From: the human T2T-CHM13v2.0 reference genome, Homo sapiens
Direction of reading: 5' to 3'
NCBI GenBank assembly: GCA_009914755.4
Contig: CP086569.2
Coordinates: 8,512,001-8,576,000, forward strand
Length of the DNA: 64,000 bases
A program made the position numbers and the translations under genes. Shown here piece by piece: positions 42,683 to 56,892 of this stretch. Position 1 is the first letter of the stretch, and the number at the start of each line of letters is the position of its first letter. The notes beneath the pieces are model-generated. The model did not search any database. It worked only from the letters and a program-made list of their open reading frames with translations, and was not told the DNA's origin.

Positions 42683-44360
42683 TTATAGACACAAGTTTAA
42701 AGTGATGACGAGATGTAAGTGATAAGACAAATCATAGTTTTATCTTAACACTTAGGGTTTAAATTTAACATATTTTCTTAAGGATAGTTATAGTCCATTT
42801 GTCTTTCTAGGACGAACCGATGACAATCCAGAAATATTAGAAGCATGTGATGGAAGCTTCCAGCTATGCCCACCTGTACCCTGACATAGACAGTTCCATT
42901 GTTTGCTTCATTACTCAGGTCAAAGACTCTGATGCAAATGTGGTACACCGTCAATTTTTTTTTCTTACTAGTGATAGGAACCATAACTTTGTCCCTATAC
43001 AAAAGAGTATACTGCATATGCCTAAATGATAAATATAAGTGAATCATTGATCAGTAGGAAACCATTTTAAAACTCTTTAATTACAGAACAAAGTCTCTGA
43101 AAAAATTTTATTGTTAATCTCTGAGTTTTCTTACATGGGTTTTCAATCTCTAGCCACACTATATAGCTAGTATGCTGCTCTACACATAAATTAGACATTC
43201 TATATTATTCTCTTATTCTAATAATAGTATCTTCACACATCAGAGTTTAAAACAAGTCTCATTTTTTCTATTTCTCCAGTTAAAATAACTTTTTAAGATT
43301 TAATTTTCAGTGATTTTTTTGTAGTAATACTTTTGAAAGTGTTTGATCAGGATGGTTTATTATGCATTTATCTGATGTCTCCCTTCCTTCTGAATACATC
43401 TTTTATTATCCACTTATTAAATCTATGATTAATAATTTGGAATAGGGATTTAAATCCAAATGCTATGTTTGAATTTACAGGAGTCAGTGAGCCTAGGAAG
43501 TGCCATTATGTGCAGACCAGTATCTGGCAATGGCAGTTGGAGACAAATAGCCTTCACCAGTCTCAAAGCCCTAGCTACTACAGTGAGTCCACATTTTGCC
43601 TGGACTTATCTATTCAGCAAAAGAAGGCCACCCAATAAATCAGGCCCTTGCGCCTTGGGTAGAAACTCCGAAGTCCTCTAGTCTCCTTAAACAGCCAACC
43701 ACACTGCCATTTTCCTCAATAATAATTACTGCAGCCCAAGGACTTTGGTAGCCTAGTGACTATAACCAGTGGTGCCACAGTCTGGTCACAGTATGACAAA
43801 ACACCAGAGTATCAACGAGGAAAATCTTGACTTAGCCTTCCAAAATCTATCTCAATATACCTTCAATAAAGATGGCTTTTCTTCATAACAACTGCTTTCT
43901 ACCTACTTCCTGAACTAATGCATGGCCTTGGATTGTTTTTATTCTTGAAAATGATTCAAAAGTTCATATTTAATATGAACATGAATGCAGGATTTTATTC
44001 ATCAGCATAAGAATTTTCAAAATGATGTGAAATCCAAATGTGGAATTATATTTGTGAACTTTGTCTTTCAAATTATATTTTCATACCAACTAACTCACAC
44101 AGTTTTATGTAACTATCTGAATATTCTCCTCAGGTGGGGGAAAACCAGTGTCAGAGTTCTTGAAGAATTTATGAAATAGAAAATGACAATAGTACATAAG
44201 GTTTTACCTATTCACAATACTGTATTTAGTGAATGAAAACATTACTTTTAAAATCCTACTTAAGTACTGAGTAAATAAATAAAGCATATTATTCCAATAA
44301 CTCTAAAGTATGTGTTCATGAAGAAAATACAGCAAGGGTTAAAATGCATAAACAAACAAA

Positions 44361-44673
44361 TGAGGCCAGGCATGATGGCTTGTGCCTGTAAGCCCAGCAT
44401 TTTGAGAGGCCAAGGCAGGCAGATAACTTGAGGTCAGGAGTTTGAGACCAGCATGGCAAACATGGTCAAACCCCATCTGGAGTAAAAATGCAAAAATCAG
44501 CTGGACATGGTGGCATGTTCCTGTAATCACACTTCCTCGGGAAGGCTGAGGCAGGGGAATAACTTGAAGCTGGGAGGCAGGGGAATCACTTGAAGCTGGA
44601 AGGCAGAGGTTGAGGTCAGCCAAGATCATGCCACTTCACTCTAGCCTGGGTAACAGAGAGAGATGCTGTCTCA

Positions 44674-44712
<39 letters not shown>

Positions 44713-44735
44713 GGAAAAAAAAACTGTACTAGAAA
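44361..44735 (+). mobile_element. Alu, sense orientation. It has an internal 24-bp duplication (ggaataacttgaagctgggaggcag twice) and a (CA)n tail at 44680-44712.
   Basis: gaggccaggcatgatggcttgtgcctgtaagcccagcattttgagaggccaaggcaggcag... Confidence 0.9.
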
Positions 44736-47099
44736 AAGAGCTCACAGGCAAACTCACATATCTAACAGAAAAAAAAAGTGTTCTTTAAACAAAAGTTCCA
44801 CAAGAGGCAAATTAAAAAAACAAATGTATCACTTTGCATATAAAGTACAAATAATAAATTAAAGAGAACCACAAGGGGAAAAAATAAAAATTTACAAGTA
44901 AGTACTCTAAAAGAAGTTGAACGTCACTCAAAATTTTTCTGGATTCTATGTCTCTATATTGCAAAAATGATCATAAAATTTGCAGGAGCAGAACAATCAA
45001 AATGTATCTTAAAACTCAACAATGAGCTAGCTATCCCTTGAGCCTTGCTTCTCACCCACTGACCTTAGACACTTATGCCTATTAGGTGACTTAAGATTCC
45101 CTAATCCTGAAACATGAGTGTTACAGTTCCCTGAAGGCTCTTTCTCCTTCAGCCCATGGATGGCCTAGGATTGCTCACTGCACTCTCTTCCCTGAGGCTT
45201 GTGTTCTCCATGTGGGGCACAGCTCCAATAATCAAAAGCCCCTCAGTCCCAAGCCCAAGACTGCCTAACCTGGCCTCCTCTCTGTTCCCTCTCTAACTGC
45301 CTCCCTCCCTCAGGAAGTACTGCAGGGGATTGAGCCACAGGCCCTGGCTGATGATTGGGGGACTGCAGAAGTGGGTACAGGACAGGTTAGGTCATGGCTC
45401 AAAGCCAATTCCCCAGAGGCCAAGGAATGACCAGCAAGGTTTTTTTCCCATGATGCCCTACCGTGGTGCCCACCTCAGCAATCCTGCCGGGACCTGGGTA
45501 GCCATGGTCAGCCAACTAGCTGAAGAAGGTCACATGGAGGTGCACTGCCTGAAGCTGGAGGCTTAACCTTCATGATCCCACAACCACTGGACTGCAGTGG
45601 AATGAGACACCCAGTTTCTTGGAGGGATGGGAAACAGGAAGTTTCAGGCCAGACCTACCCTCCCACACACAACTTCCACTACCATGCTGGGAGTCACTCC
45701 TGACCGAGGATGCCAACACAGTACTCCTGAATGACCACTTCATTGTGGAAGTAAAGATTGTGACAAAAGGAAAACTTCATCCTGATGCCGGTACCCGGGG
45801 TGGCTGAGTTCCTCCACCTCCCTGGCCAAGAGGGAGAAAGAAGATGGACTCAAAGGACCATTTCATGTACCTGGACTAAGGTGGCCTGCTACATGTGTTT
45901 TCCTTTCCCAGCTCTCCCTCTTAGATACCCCTGGGCCCCATGGGGACTTCAACCAGACCCAGATGCCTGACCCCTCCCGCTGATCCAGGCTCCGCAGCAT
46001 AACCTGCAAATCCATCATGTAGCTCAGCAGGACTTCATCATTTATGATCTCAGCCCATATCTGGGTGTGCCCCACAATCTGCTTCTGGTCTAGGAGCCAA
46101 CGGATGATTTGGGTGGGGGACATGATGTGAAACAACCTGCAACTTTGCAAGAGTATGGAGAGTATGGACAAGGCTGTCACCCAGGCCTTTGACCTGGCAC
46201 CACACCTTGGTGTGGTGGTCTTGGCAGAGGGTCAAGCCAGGCCCAGACAGCCTGCTGTGAAAAGGGGCAGGCACAGAAGAAGTGGGGAGAGGTTTAGGGG
46301 GTGGGGTGCTCTGGTGTGAGGCGGCTGCTTCCTCAGGGTTCCTGAGCTGCAGGAGGCCCTTATGTGCTGGGTGCTGGACAGGCTCTGCTGCTGTCCGAGT
46401 GTGCAGTGTCCTCTTCTAGTCTCCCTGAGGGGTGGATGTGTCCACCCGAGGGAATCTCTGTGGGTTGATGGGGCTGCAAGGCTGTGCCTGGCTCTCCCCA
46501 TGGGGCTCACACAGGTGCAACAGAGGCTATATATGCTCAGGGCCTACACCTCTTTGGATGCAGCACCAGCAGAGGGAAGAAAGTTTGTCCATGGAGCTGG
46601 TGCCTGCCTTGCAGAGGACAGCAGCCCAGTGCACATTGAACCTGAATCTTGAGCACCTTGTGTTTCTGGGGTAAGCCTGCTGGACACAGGTATGGGGAGC
46701 AGGGGTATTTCCATGGCTGGCATGGGCACACAGACTCCCCTTCCTCCAAGGACTCTCCCAGGGAAATGTGCCCTTCAACTTTCTGCTGTGCGTAAAGGGT
46801 CCTTTTGCGTTGCTCTTCTCTCTTGTGAGTGCTGTGATTTGCTTCCTGTTCCTATTCTACTTGCCCTCAGGGCACTCGCAAGCAAACTGCCCTCCTATCT
46901 GCAGAAGTCTGGCCCCTGCTCCCCTCATTGTCCTCCATCCCCTGACTCCTGGATGACCCCCTGTGCCTACCACCTGGCTCCTCCCAACCCCACTCCCAGG
47001 ACCTAGATGCCCACCCCCTGCTGCCAGGCATCCCAAATTGGCAGCTGCAAAGACATGGCTCTGGCCCAGGAGCCGGGGATGCCCTGTGGTTTGAGGCAT

Positions 47100-48420
47100 T
47101 TACAGAGCCCAGCTGCAAATGATGGACCTCCAGCGAGTCCGTTGCGGGCCGGGGCCTCCTGGGGCCAGGGACAGGTTCTGCCCAGTGGTCCTCCTGCTGC
47201 TGCTCCACGTCGGCCTCCTCCTTGGCCACCACTTCCACCTCTGCCGTGATGTCATCCACCAGTAGCACACCTCTTCCCCCCAGGCTGCCCTCTCCGGCAG
47301 AGCCTCCAGACTTAACACGGTGCCCTCCTAGGGCTCCCACAGACCAAGGTCTGAGCTGCTCACCCCCCGCCCCTGGCACCCCTAGACTCTGGGGGCCGCT
47401 CCCCGAGAGGCCCCGGGGCCTCGCCTAGCTGAGAATCACGGTCTCACACCTGCGTGGACCCAGGATTACTGGGAAGCCCTGCAGGATCCATAGCCTTCCG
47501 CACTCGTCATGAGGCCCAGATTCCCTGCAGGGTTAGCTGCACACAGGAGCCCAGGAGCCGTAGGCAGAGGCCCTGGGCTTCCAGAGCCCCTCTGGCAGGC
47601 ACCGCGGCCAATGGGTGCTGAGCTTATGGGAGCCTCTGCGCCAGCAAGTCAGTGAACACAGGTCATCGGATGGGCAACCACGGCAGCTTGTCTCTGGTGT
47701 GCCCAGGGCATAGGACAAGAGAGCCTTTGGAATACCCCTGGGAGTAAAGCATCTCAGGGAGGAAGCATGGAACTTGGAGTCTGTATTTCCCTAGATCTGA
47801 AAAAGTCCTTGCGGGGTTTTGACTTCTGGTGCAGGCGAATTCCACCCCAGCAAGGTACCAGATGACTTTCCTCCCACGTGCCCGCCCTGCCCCACTCTCC
47901 GAAAGCCACCGCCGCTGCCCTTTCCCCAGCAGGCAGCGCTGGTCCCTCTCTCTGCCCTCTGGATCTGCAATATTCAGTACCATCAGCCTAGCCTGCCTAA
48001 TGAAGTGAGATGTTTCATGTGTTCTCTGTGGGTCAATGGCTTGCCACACTCAGAATACCAGTTAGGGTGTAGGTCGTCCATGCCCACAATTCCAAAGGGA
48101 GCACAGTCCATGTGTACCTGAACCCACCACCACCTAGCACAAGCATCTTCTCAGAGGAGGCTTACTGCGGAAGGATGGAGCTGCAGGCCAGCGTTGGGCA
48201 GGGCGCCTCGGGAGACGCCTACAGCCCTTGCAATAATTGGCCGACGCCCACCGCCCTCACAATGATTGGCCCTGGAGGTAGGGGAGATTTCCAGGCATGG
48301 CTTCTGGCTTCCTTCCAGCTCAGGCCAGTTCCGAGGATCTTTCCGGCAGTTGGCCCTGTGGTGTCCCGAAGCCGGATGCATACGACCTGAGGCCCGGGCG
48401 ACCCTGAGGCTGTTTGTCCT
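47100..48420. promoter_or_regulatory. Core of a GC-rich, CpG-island-like segment. The whole GC-rich block runs from about 45300 to 48500. It contains two inverted CCAAT boxes 35 bp apart (caataATTGGccgacgc at about 48232 and cacaatgATTGGccctgg at about 48266), a forward CCAAT (ggCCAATggg at about 47608) and a CACGTG E-box (about 47876). It is a candidate promoter and 5' non-coding exon for the downstream RBMY-family pseudogene, and may be bidirectional.
   Basis: CpG and G+C density are much higher than in the flanks. The CCAAT-box arrangement is typical of TATA-less promoters. It lies 2 kb upstream of the ATG-exon, which starts at an AG acceptor. A possible donor CCT|gtaatt lies at about 48435. 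Confidence 0.4.
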
Positions 48421-49069
48421 ACTGAAAAGCACCTGTAATTTCTGTTTCTCTGCACAGGTTGGTCTTTTGGCAAGAATAGAAAGCAAAGGTTTGGGATTGT
48501 AGGGGGTGGGTTTTCTATGTGTGGGCGTTGAATTATGCAAGGAGACAGTGGGGAGAGAATTCCTTAGTGCTATTAAGAAACTCATTTTTGTTAAACTCTG
48601 ATTTTTCTTGAGGATTCTGCCTTTAACCGTCGGACATGTCTGACATGTGGGCAAGTCGTGGGAGATGGTGCTGCGGTGCCATTATTTTCATGTGCACTTT
48701 TTATTAAAGCAGTTTTTCTCTGTGAATGTGGTCATAATTCAAAATATATGCAATATACTTAACCACCGCGATTAAATACCTGTACTTTTAGTCAGCACAT
48801 GTCACGTATGTGATTTGCTTGGTGAGAATTATCAAATTTTGGCATACTTTAGTGTATGTAGCCGTCTGGGGCTATACATTACCTCAGTTCAAATTTGCCT
48901 CTGTAAAGCCTGTAATTGTCTCTTTCCTTGTATGACAGTATTTGAAACATGTTTCCTGTATCTGTGGCCCCTAAGTAATTTAAACCGAGTAACTGGGTGT
49001 AATCAAGTTAAATGGAGTCGGATAGACTTAAATGAAAACAAAATAAATCCGCTCAAGTTATTCTATTAC

Positions 49070-49180
49070 CCTGGCACACGGACTTACTCTTGTAATCCTA
49101 GCATTTTGGGAAGTGGAAGTAGGAGGATGGCTTGAGGTCAGGAGTTGGAGATCAGCCTCGATAACATATGGGCTCCTTTA
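49070..49180 (+). mobile_element. Short Alu fragment.
   Basis: cttgtaatcctagcattttgggaagtggaagtaggaggatggcttgaggtcaggagttggagatcagcct. Confidence 0.7.
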
Positions 49181-49673
49181 ATCGATTGCCATTTTTGCAC
49201 CAGGGACCGGTTTAGTGGAAGATAATTTTTCCTCAGACAAGTGTTGCCCAGGGGAAGAAGGCAGTGAGATGGACACGTTTAGGGGTGGGGGCTGCTGGCA
49301 GGGCCCCGAGGGCCACGTGGTGGGGTGGGGCTTCTGGTGGCAGCAGTGTGACAGGGGACAGGTGGGGCAGCAGGGCTGCCATAGGGACAGGGTGGGGCAG
49401 CGGGATTCCGGGGGAAGGCTGGGGAGGATGGTTTCTTGATGAAACTGTGCCACCTCAGGTCATCCTCAGGCATTACACTCCCCACAGACAGGTATTACAG
49501 GTTATCCCCAGGCATTACATTCAGGCCACCGACAGGTATACTGTGAAGGCCAGTGTTTGGGGATCCTTGATCTATTATATATTTCAAATCACTAAAAAGA
49601 TGGTAAAATATTTAAAATGATCTCCCCCTAGAATATTTTAATTAGCTCGATTTAATCTTCCATCCAAATATCA

Positions 49674-49936
49674 AGCTAGGCGTGGTGGTTCACACTTGAA
49701 ATCCCATCACTTTGGTAGTCCCAGGCTGGCGGAGTGCTTGAGCCCAGGATTTGGAGACCAGCTTGGGCAATATAAGGAAAACCGTGTCTATTTAAAAAAA
49801 CACAGAAAAATTGCCCAGCCAGCTACTTGGGAAGCTGAAACGTGGGAGGATCATTTGAGGCTGGCTGGAGGAGGCTGCAGTAAGCAGTGCACTTTGGCAA
49901 CAGGAGATATACATCTCAAGCAAAAAAAAAAAAAAA
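49674..49936 (+). mobile_element. Alu (diverged), sense orientation, with a poly-A tail.
   Basis: agctaggcgtggtggttcacacttgaaatcccatcactttgg...gagaccagcttgggcaatataaggaaaaccgtgtctatttaaaaaaacacagaaaaattgcccagcc...aaaaaaaaaaaaaaaa. Confidence 0.85.
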
Positions 49937-50400
49937 ATACACAAAACATCACACTGTACCTCATAAATATATAGTTTGCAAATAAAATTATTTAACTGGG
50001 GACATCCTTCATATTGCAATTTAGGAAAATTACAATAGCTTTTCTTATCTAATTTTTAGAAATGAGATTTTGCCACCTACGTAATAAAATGCAGCATTTC
50101 TCCATGAAGTCAGTGCCCCTTTTGCTCTGTAAGTTACAAATTTTAAATATTTAAAGTAAGAAATACTAACAAAATGTTAGCCTCTGGAAGGGAATTTTAC
50201 TTGAATTTTCAACACAGTATATAATAAAATTTTATCTTTTTAGCTTATTTTTATCAAAATAGAGTATTTTATTTTATTTTATTTATGTTATGTTATGTTA
50301 TGTTATTTATTTTCCATTTACAGAACAATGGTAGAAGCAGATTGTCCTGGGAAGCTTTCATTGGTGGCCTCAATAGAGAAGCCAGTGAAAAAGATGCTGA

Positions 50401-50748
<348 letters not shown>

Positions 50749-50774
50749 TCAGAAGGTAACTCTTAAAGCCATGT

Positions 50775-50777
50775 GTA

Positions 50778-50815
<38 letters not shown>
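50775..50815. repeat. (GT)n microsatellite.
   Basis: Direct reading. Confidence 0.9.
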
Positions 50816-50816
<1 letters not shown>

Positions 50817-52592
50817 TTTCATATGTATATTTCAATATGTATATTTAAAATATGTATTTTTGCAAAGTTCATTGTATACATACGTTAAAATGCCTAATCA
50901 TTTGTAAACTCTTATTTTGAAATAACTATTTGATATTTGAAAAATTCTCATAGCAACAGGTGAAGGGCCTGTGGTAAGGATCACTTACTACTTAGAAAGG
51001 AAAATGACGAAAATTAAATGTGTTGTGGAGTAAGGAAACAAACTGGAATAAAATAGGCTGACTATAGGGATGACTTAGTATTAATAATTATAGTAGTGAC
51101 GTGAAATGCAGTTTGTTTTTGGTTTGATGTAACTTTCAGATGGTTAGTACTTCAGTGAGTCCATTATATAATTGTAAAATGTTTTTATATATTTTAGTTC
51201 TTCTGATAAAGGGTTGAACCAGCAAGTCCAGAGACTTTGCGTTCGTTATTTTTGAGAATGCTGCAGATGCTAAGAATGCTGCCAAAGATATGAATGGAAA
51301 GGTAAGAGTCCCTTATTAATAATACTATAACTCTGGCTTTCAATTAACAGTATTTCTAGGTTTTTTTAGAATTACTAAAGTGTTAAAGATAGTAGAATGC
51401 CATATGGACCAAAATTCTTTAGCCATTCTCTTCTTTGTGCCATATACCTGAAAGTGTAGTTGGAAGGGTACTGCAATTAACATTATATAAATTAATATAT
51501 GGTAACTTTTTTCTATTTTTGTATTTCAATATTAGTGTAAATAGATTTTCAAAGGTTTCCAAGAGCATTAAAACCCAGAAGGAATCCCCCTGTAAGTGAA
51601 AGGACTAAGTGAGCATTCATTAAATGCTCTCAATGGACTTATTTCCAATTCATGGAAATACTTCTATAGTACATAAAAACTGTGGATAGATATCTAGACA
51701 GACTCACAAGAAGGAAAGATTCTCTCCCATTTTCTGAAAATATACTTTTGAGAAAGTATATTTAAATAAGAACTTTACAGTTAAGGAAGTGTTAAGTACT
51801 TGAAAATAGAAAATAATATCAGAACATCGAAGTTGGATAACAGAAGAAGGAACTGGAATTTTTACCCCATCCTTGCTCTTTTCTCCTAAGGACCTTTTTT
51901 TCCTCTCACCAGAGTAGTTTATGTAACATGAATATCTAACTGCTCATTTTCCCAGTGTGTTTGAGGACATGTTTTGATCAAAACAATCGTCTCTTGTCCT
52001 ATTGAGTCTTAAATCTAGGGAATGTGTGTTTACTAAAGCTTTAAAATTTTATGTAATTCTACTAAGTATTGAATTCCTTTACATTCTAGTCAAGATAATT
52101 CCATTCTGGGCCCTTTAGAGCTTTTTTGCTTTATAACGTTATCCCAATCTGTTATCTCCTGTTGCTCTTTATGCTACCCCTAAAATGCTTTTCTGAACTC
52201 TTGAAAACTATTCTTTCATATGTATGTCTCAAAAATAACAATTCATCCTTCAAAAACAACTTTGATTTCATATTTTCTTCCACATTGCATATCATAGATA
52301 TTCTGTACTCACTGTACCACATATTAGTCTATAGATTGTTAAATTGTCTACAGGGCATATTTAAGGCTTCCTAGTTGCTTTTATTTCTGTTACATCTAGT
52401 ACACTTGGTGGCACATAGCAGAAAGTACATTTTTATTCACTCTTATAAATTAATATTTTAAGCTGTGGTAGAAACCCAGAGTAGCTTTTGATTCATGGCT
52501 TTGTGGTAGTTATGGAGATAATTTTTACTTATTTATAGTCATCTATGATCATTTCTTTTTCCCCCCTAGTTTTCAAGCACAAGAGCAGGTAA

Positions 52593-52912
<320 letters not shown>

Positions 52913-54895
52913 AATGGTTATTTTTGAATTACTTCATCTCACATATTTTATTGTGTAAGCATAAATATGAATGTTATATGCACATAAATGTTAAGATAGC
53001 CAACAAAGGAGATTCTTAGAGTTTTCAGGGGCAATTAAAAGTTTAAGGAATTTTGACTGACTTTGGAACACTGGGAAGGAAGCAGCCATGCACAAATCTG
53101 GGGAAAATATTTTGGGCCCAGAAATAACAAAAGAAGTTTCAAGGTAGGAACAACTGGTGATGTGGCTGCAAGGGGTCTTGTAAGGGATTTAAGATCTTCC
53201 CCCAAATAACAAAAACCATGTAATTTTAAAAGAGTTATTTATTATCTGAACTGTTTTCAAAAATTACTTTGTCCTATAGAAAAGATTATACTGAAAAATG
53301 TTATTGTGAAATTAATTAGCACATTTAAGCATTTCTGAGAAACAACATGAAGTACTATATTAAGAGTCATTTTTTAGGGGCACGTCTAAGGCAAAATAAG
53401 AAATGAATAAGGCAAGAAAACTTAATGAGATCAAACAAGGATCACATTTACAGAAACGTTTCTAGAGTAAACACAGAATTATAAATCATATGGGGACATT
53501 TTATGTAAGTGTTAGCAGATCAAACAAGAAAGAACTCACAATAACTAATTTGACTAATCACTTTGAATAAGTAACCTCATTTTTTTAAATGACACAAGTT
53601 TCGTTGGGACACTGAAACTTTAAAATCAGTGATGTGAATACAAAGATGAAGTGGATTATATATTGTAAAAAAAAGATGTGCCACATTCTTCCATAGAATG
53701 TGTGATGGGTTAATCGTTTTGTTTGAGGTGTTATTTTTTTAATAATGAAGGAGTTTTCAAGGAATTTGAATAATAGAATTTGTGTTTGATCCCTTAATGG
53801 AAGGCATGTGTTCAGTAAATGTCTCATATTTGGTATTGTGAAAGACATGTTCATTTTAGGAGGAAAAAAAAGTTTGCTTTGGGAGAAAATATCTAGAATC
53901 AAACTATAGTTGATGTAAAAATGTTTGTAAAATGTGGTTAGGTTTATTCTTGCCAATGTTATTGATAGTACCCTTAATAATTTTAGTCTTCAGATGGAAA
54001 AGAAATAAAAGTAGAACAAGCAAAGAAATCATCTTTTCAAAGTGGTGGTAGGCGGAGACCACCAGCTTCTTCGAGAAACAGAAGCCCTTCAGGAAGTCTG
54101 AGATCTGCAAGAGGAAGTAGTGGAGGAACAGGAGGGTGGCTTCCCTCACATGAAGGACACTTGGGTAATGTTTTAAAATATAAAGATGGAACTATAGGAC
54201 TGGAAGAAAATAAGTTTGAAGATATCAAAATTTCCCAATTTTATTTATTTCCTTTATGAACAGAAAATTAACATATTAATAAGAAGCAAAATTATTTCTA
54301 AGTACTAAAGTTGTATTATAAGAATTGTTGCTCTAATATCTAAAATTTGTTTTAAAATTATTATAACTTTGCATTGAAATAGCACAGATTTCAAACTGAA
54401 TTGAGTTTATTAACGCTGATTGCCTGTACTCAACAGGTGTTCTGAAGAACTCGTTTGTATTCATTATACTTCATAGAGTTTTCTACTTTGGGGCGCAGAA
54501 CTTCGTATCAGTTGTATTATCAAAATACAATGGAATATTTAACACTTTCCAACAGGAAAAAAAGTAATTCAGTACTTAGGATTGATTTTCCAATATTAGT
54601 TTTTTTTGTGTATACATGTGCAAACATGTATGCAAATCCATTGCTTTGTAACTTTCATACAGACAGTTTGTACATTGGCCTGCCATAAAGCATTTTCAAT
54701 TTAAGAAATGTAGAATTTTAATTTCTAAAAAGAGTCTGTGACTCTGGAAAGGACATAAAAACACTGCTTCACAGATATGTATGTATTTTTCTTGCTGGAA
54801 GGTGAGTCACTGAAAATGGTATTTATGAGTGATTTACACAATAGAAGTGAGGGGTCAATTTCCACATAAAAAAGAAAAACAAACCATGTATATGG

Positions 54896-55193
54896 GGGTG
54901 GGCAAGGTGGCTCATGCCTGTCATCTCAGCACTTGGGGAGTACGGGGCAGCTGGACCACAAGGTCAGGAGATCCATACCAGCCTGGCCAACATGGTGAAA
55001 CCCTGTCTCTCCTAAAAATACAAAAAAATTAGCCTGGTGTGGTGGCACGTACCTTTAATCTTAGCTACTCAGGAGGCTAAGGCAGGAGAATCACTGGAAC
55101 CTGGGAGGCAGAAGCTGCAGGTAGCTGACATAATGCCATTGCCCTCCAGCCTGGGCAGTAGGGCAAGAGTCCATCTCAATCAATCAATCAATA
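54896..55193 (+). mobile_element. Alu, sense orientation, with a (CAAT)n tail.
   Basis: gggtgggcaaggtggctcatgcctgtcatctcagcacttggggag...ccagcctgggcagtagggcaagagtccatctcaatcaatcaatcaataa. Confidence 0.9.
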
Positions 55194-56620
55194 AGCCTAT
55201 GAATTAACTTGTATTATCTGTTAACCAACCTTCAAAAATCTGTCATTTAATTTTGTGTTTTAATGACCAGATGTGTAATTAATTGGAGTTGTTTTTTAAA
55301 TTTGAAATTGCAGTGGTTGCTCCATTTTAAGATGTATAGCTTCATGGTTATTTTGTTTCCATTCATCTTGAGGGAGAGGTTCAATAATACTATGCCATGT
55401 ATGAGAATGTGCATATTCTAACCTATAACACCACCTACCAATTGCCATATGTCTACAGTTTTTGTACATATATATATAACTATTTTTTCTATTACTTAAT
55501 AAGCTATTCTTAAAGATTATTAAAATTTAACATAATCTAATCTGAAAATTAGTGTTTCATAAAGGAATTGTAAGAATTCTATACTATGTTAATGAATTTT
55601 AAAGATAATGTATTTTCTTGATGTGTCACCTTTTGATATTGTAAATATTTGAGTTTCTTTGAATGGAATTTAGTTTATGATATGCTATGAAAAATTTTCC
55701 TCATAACAGAATGATATAAACAATCAATTATCATTTTTCTTTAATATTTTTATGTATGTTATACTTAGATATTTTACTGATTGATATTTGCTCCCTGTTC
55801 ACTCCCCACTTTTCCTACATCTCTCTCTCACACCAATATATTATGATTCTTGAGTTTCTTTCTAGATTTTCTAAAAAGACTTTTATTGCTTGAATTGTAC
55901 TAATTTCATGTAGAAATGTTAATTTTATTAGTTTAGACAAATGTGAATTTGTAAGATTATAATATATAGAAAATCTTTATAAACAACTAAAACTTAGTCA
56001 TTCAAGAAAGTCATGCTAGTTAACTAAAATGATTTTGTTCAAAATACAGATGATGATGGATACACTCTTGATCTCAACATGAGTTCTTCTAGGGGAGCCA
56101 TTCCAGTTAAAAGAGGTCCATCTTCACGAAGTGGAGGTCTTCCTCCTAAAAAATCTGCTCCTTCTGCTATGGCAAGAAGCAATAGTTGGATGGGAGGCCA
56201 AGGTAAATGCTACCTGATAGAAAGACCATACTTTGTGTATGACTAAAAATGAGCTATTTTAACTGGATTCTTAAATTTAAGTTCATAGATTAAAAGATAA
56301 GCGACACATCATTGGGCATAATTACTGATCGATACCTTTTATTATAGTTTCTATCTCACTAGGTACACTCAGATTTATGTTGAAGAAATACACTTCTTCA
56401 TTTCTCATTGCAGATGAAAGAAGTGATTAGAGTGAGGCCAACATTCCTTTTAATCCTGTGTTTGCAAGATAATTCCCCTTAATATTTCTATAAGTTCTTA
56501 GAAGTATTCTTTGATGGTAGGCTTCTTCATCTAAAGAATTCTTCCATTTCCTAGGTCCCCTGGTAGTGGTGCCCTGGTGTCCCAATTGAAAATTTGCTTG
56601 TTGAGTTTCTTTGTTGGGTT

Positions 56621-56892
56621 GGAGTCTGGCTCTTACCAGGTCAGAGTGCCTTGGTGAAATGATGGCTTACTACCGCCTCAAATTCCTGGGCTCAAGCAAT
56701 TCTCCTGTTTCAGCCTCCTGAGTTGCTGCAATTACAGGCATGCATCACCACACCTAGCTAAATTTTTTTCCTGTATTTTTGTAGACAGGATGTCACTACA
56801 TTGTCAAAACTGACATTAAAGCCCAGGGCTCAAACAGTCCAGCTTCCTCAGCCTTCCACACTGGCTCACAGTGTGAGCTGCTGCGCCTGGCC
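56621..56892 (-). mobile_element. Old Alu (AluJ/FLAM-like), antisense.
   Basis: ggagtctggctcttaccaggtcagagtgccttggtgaaatgatggcttactaccgcctcaaattcctgggctcaagcaattctcctgtttcagcctcctgagttgctgcaattacaggcatgcatcaccacacctagc. Confidence 0.8.

Noticed and set aside
45330-49620. Numerous 60-170-aa ORFs on both strands in the GC-rich block (for example minus 46867-47379 MPGAGGEQLRPWS...VLLVDDITAEVEVVAKEEADVEQQQ...; plus 49264-49620).
   Set aside because: High GC content suppresses stop codons and the ORFs are Pro/Gly/Arg/Ala-rich. I could not match any to a known protein family. They are reported only as part of a possible promoter/CpG island, pending BLASTX.
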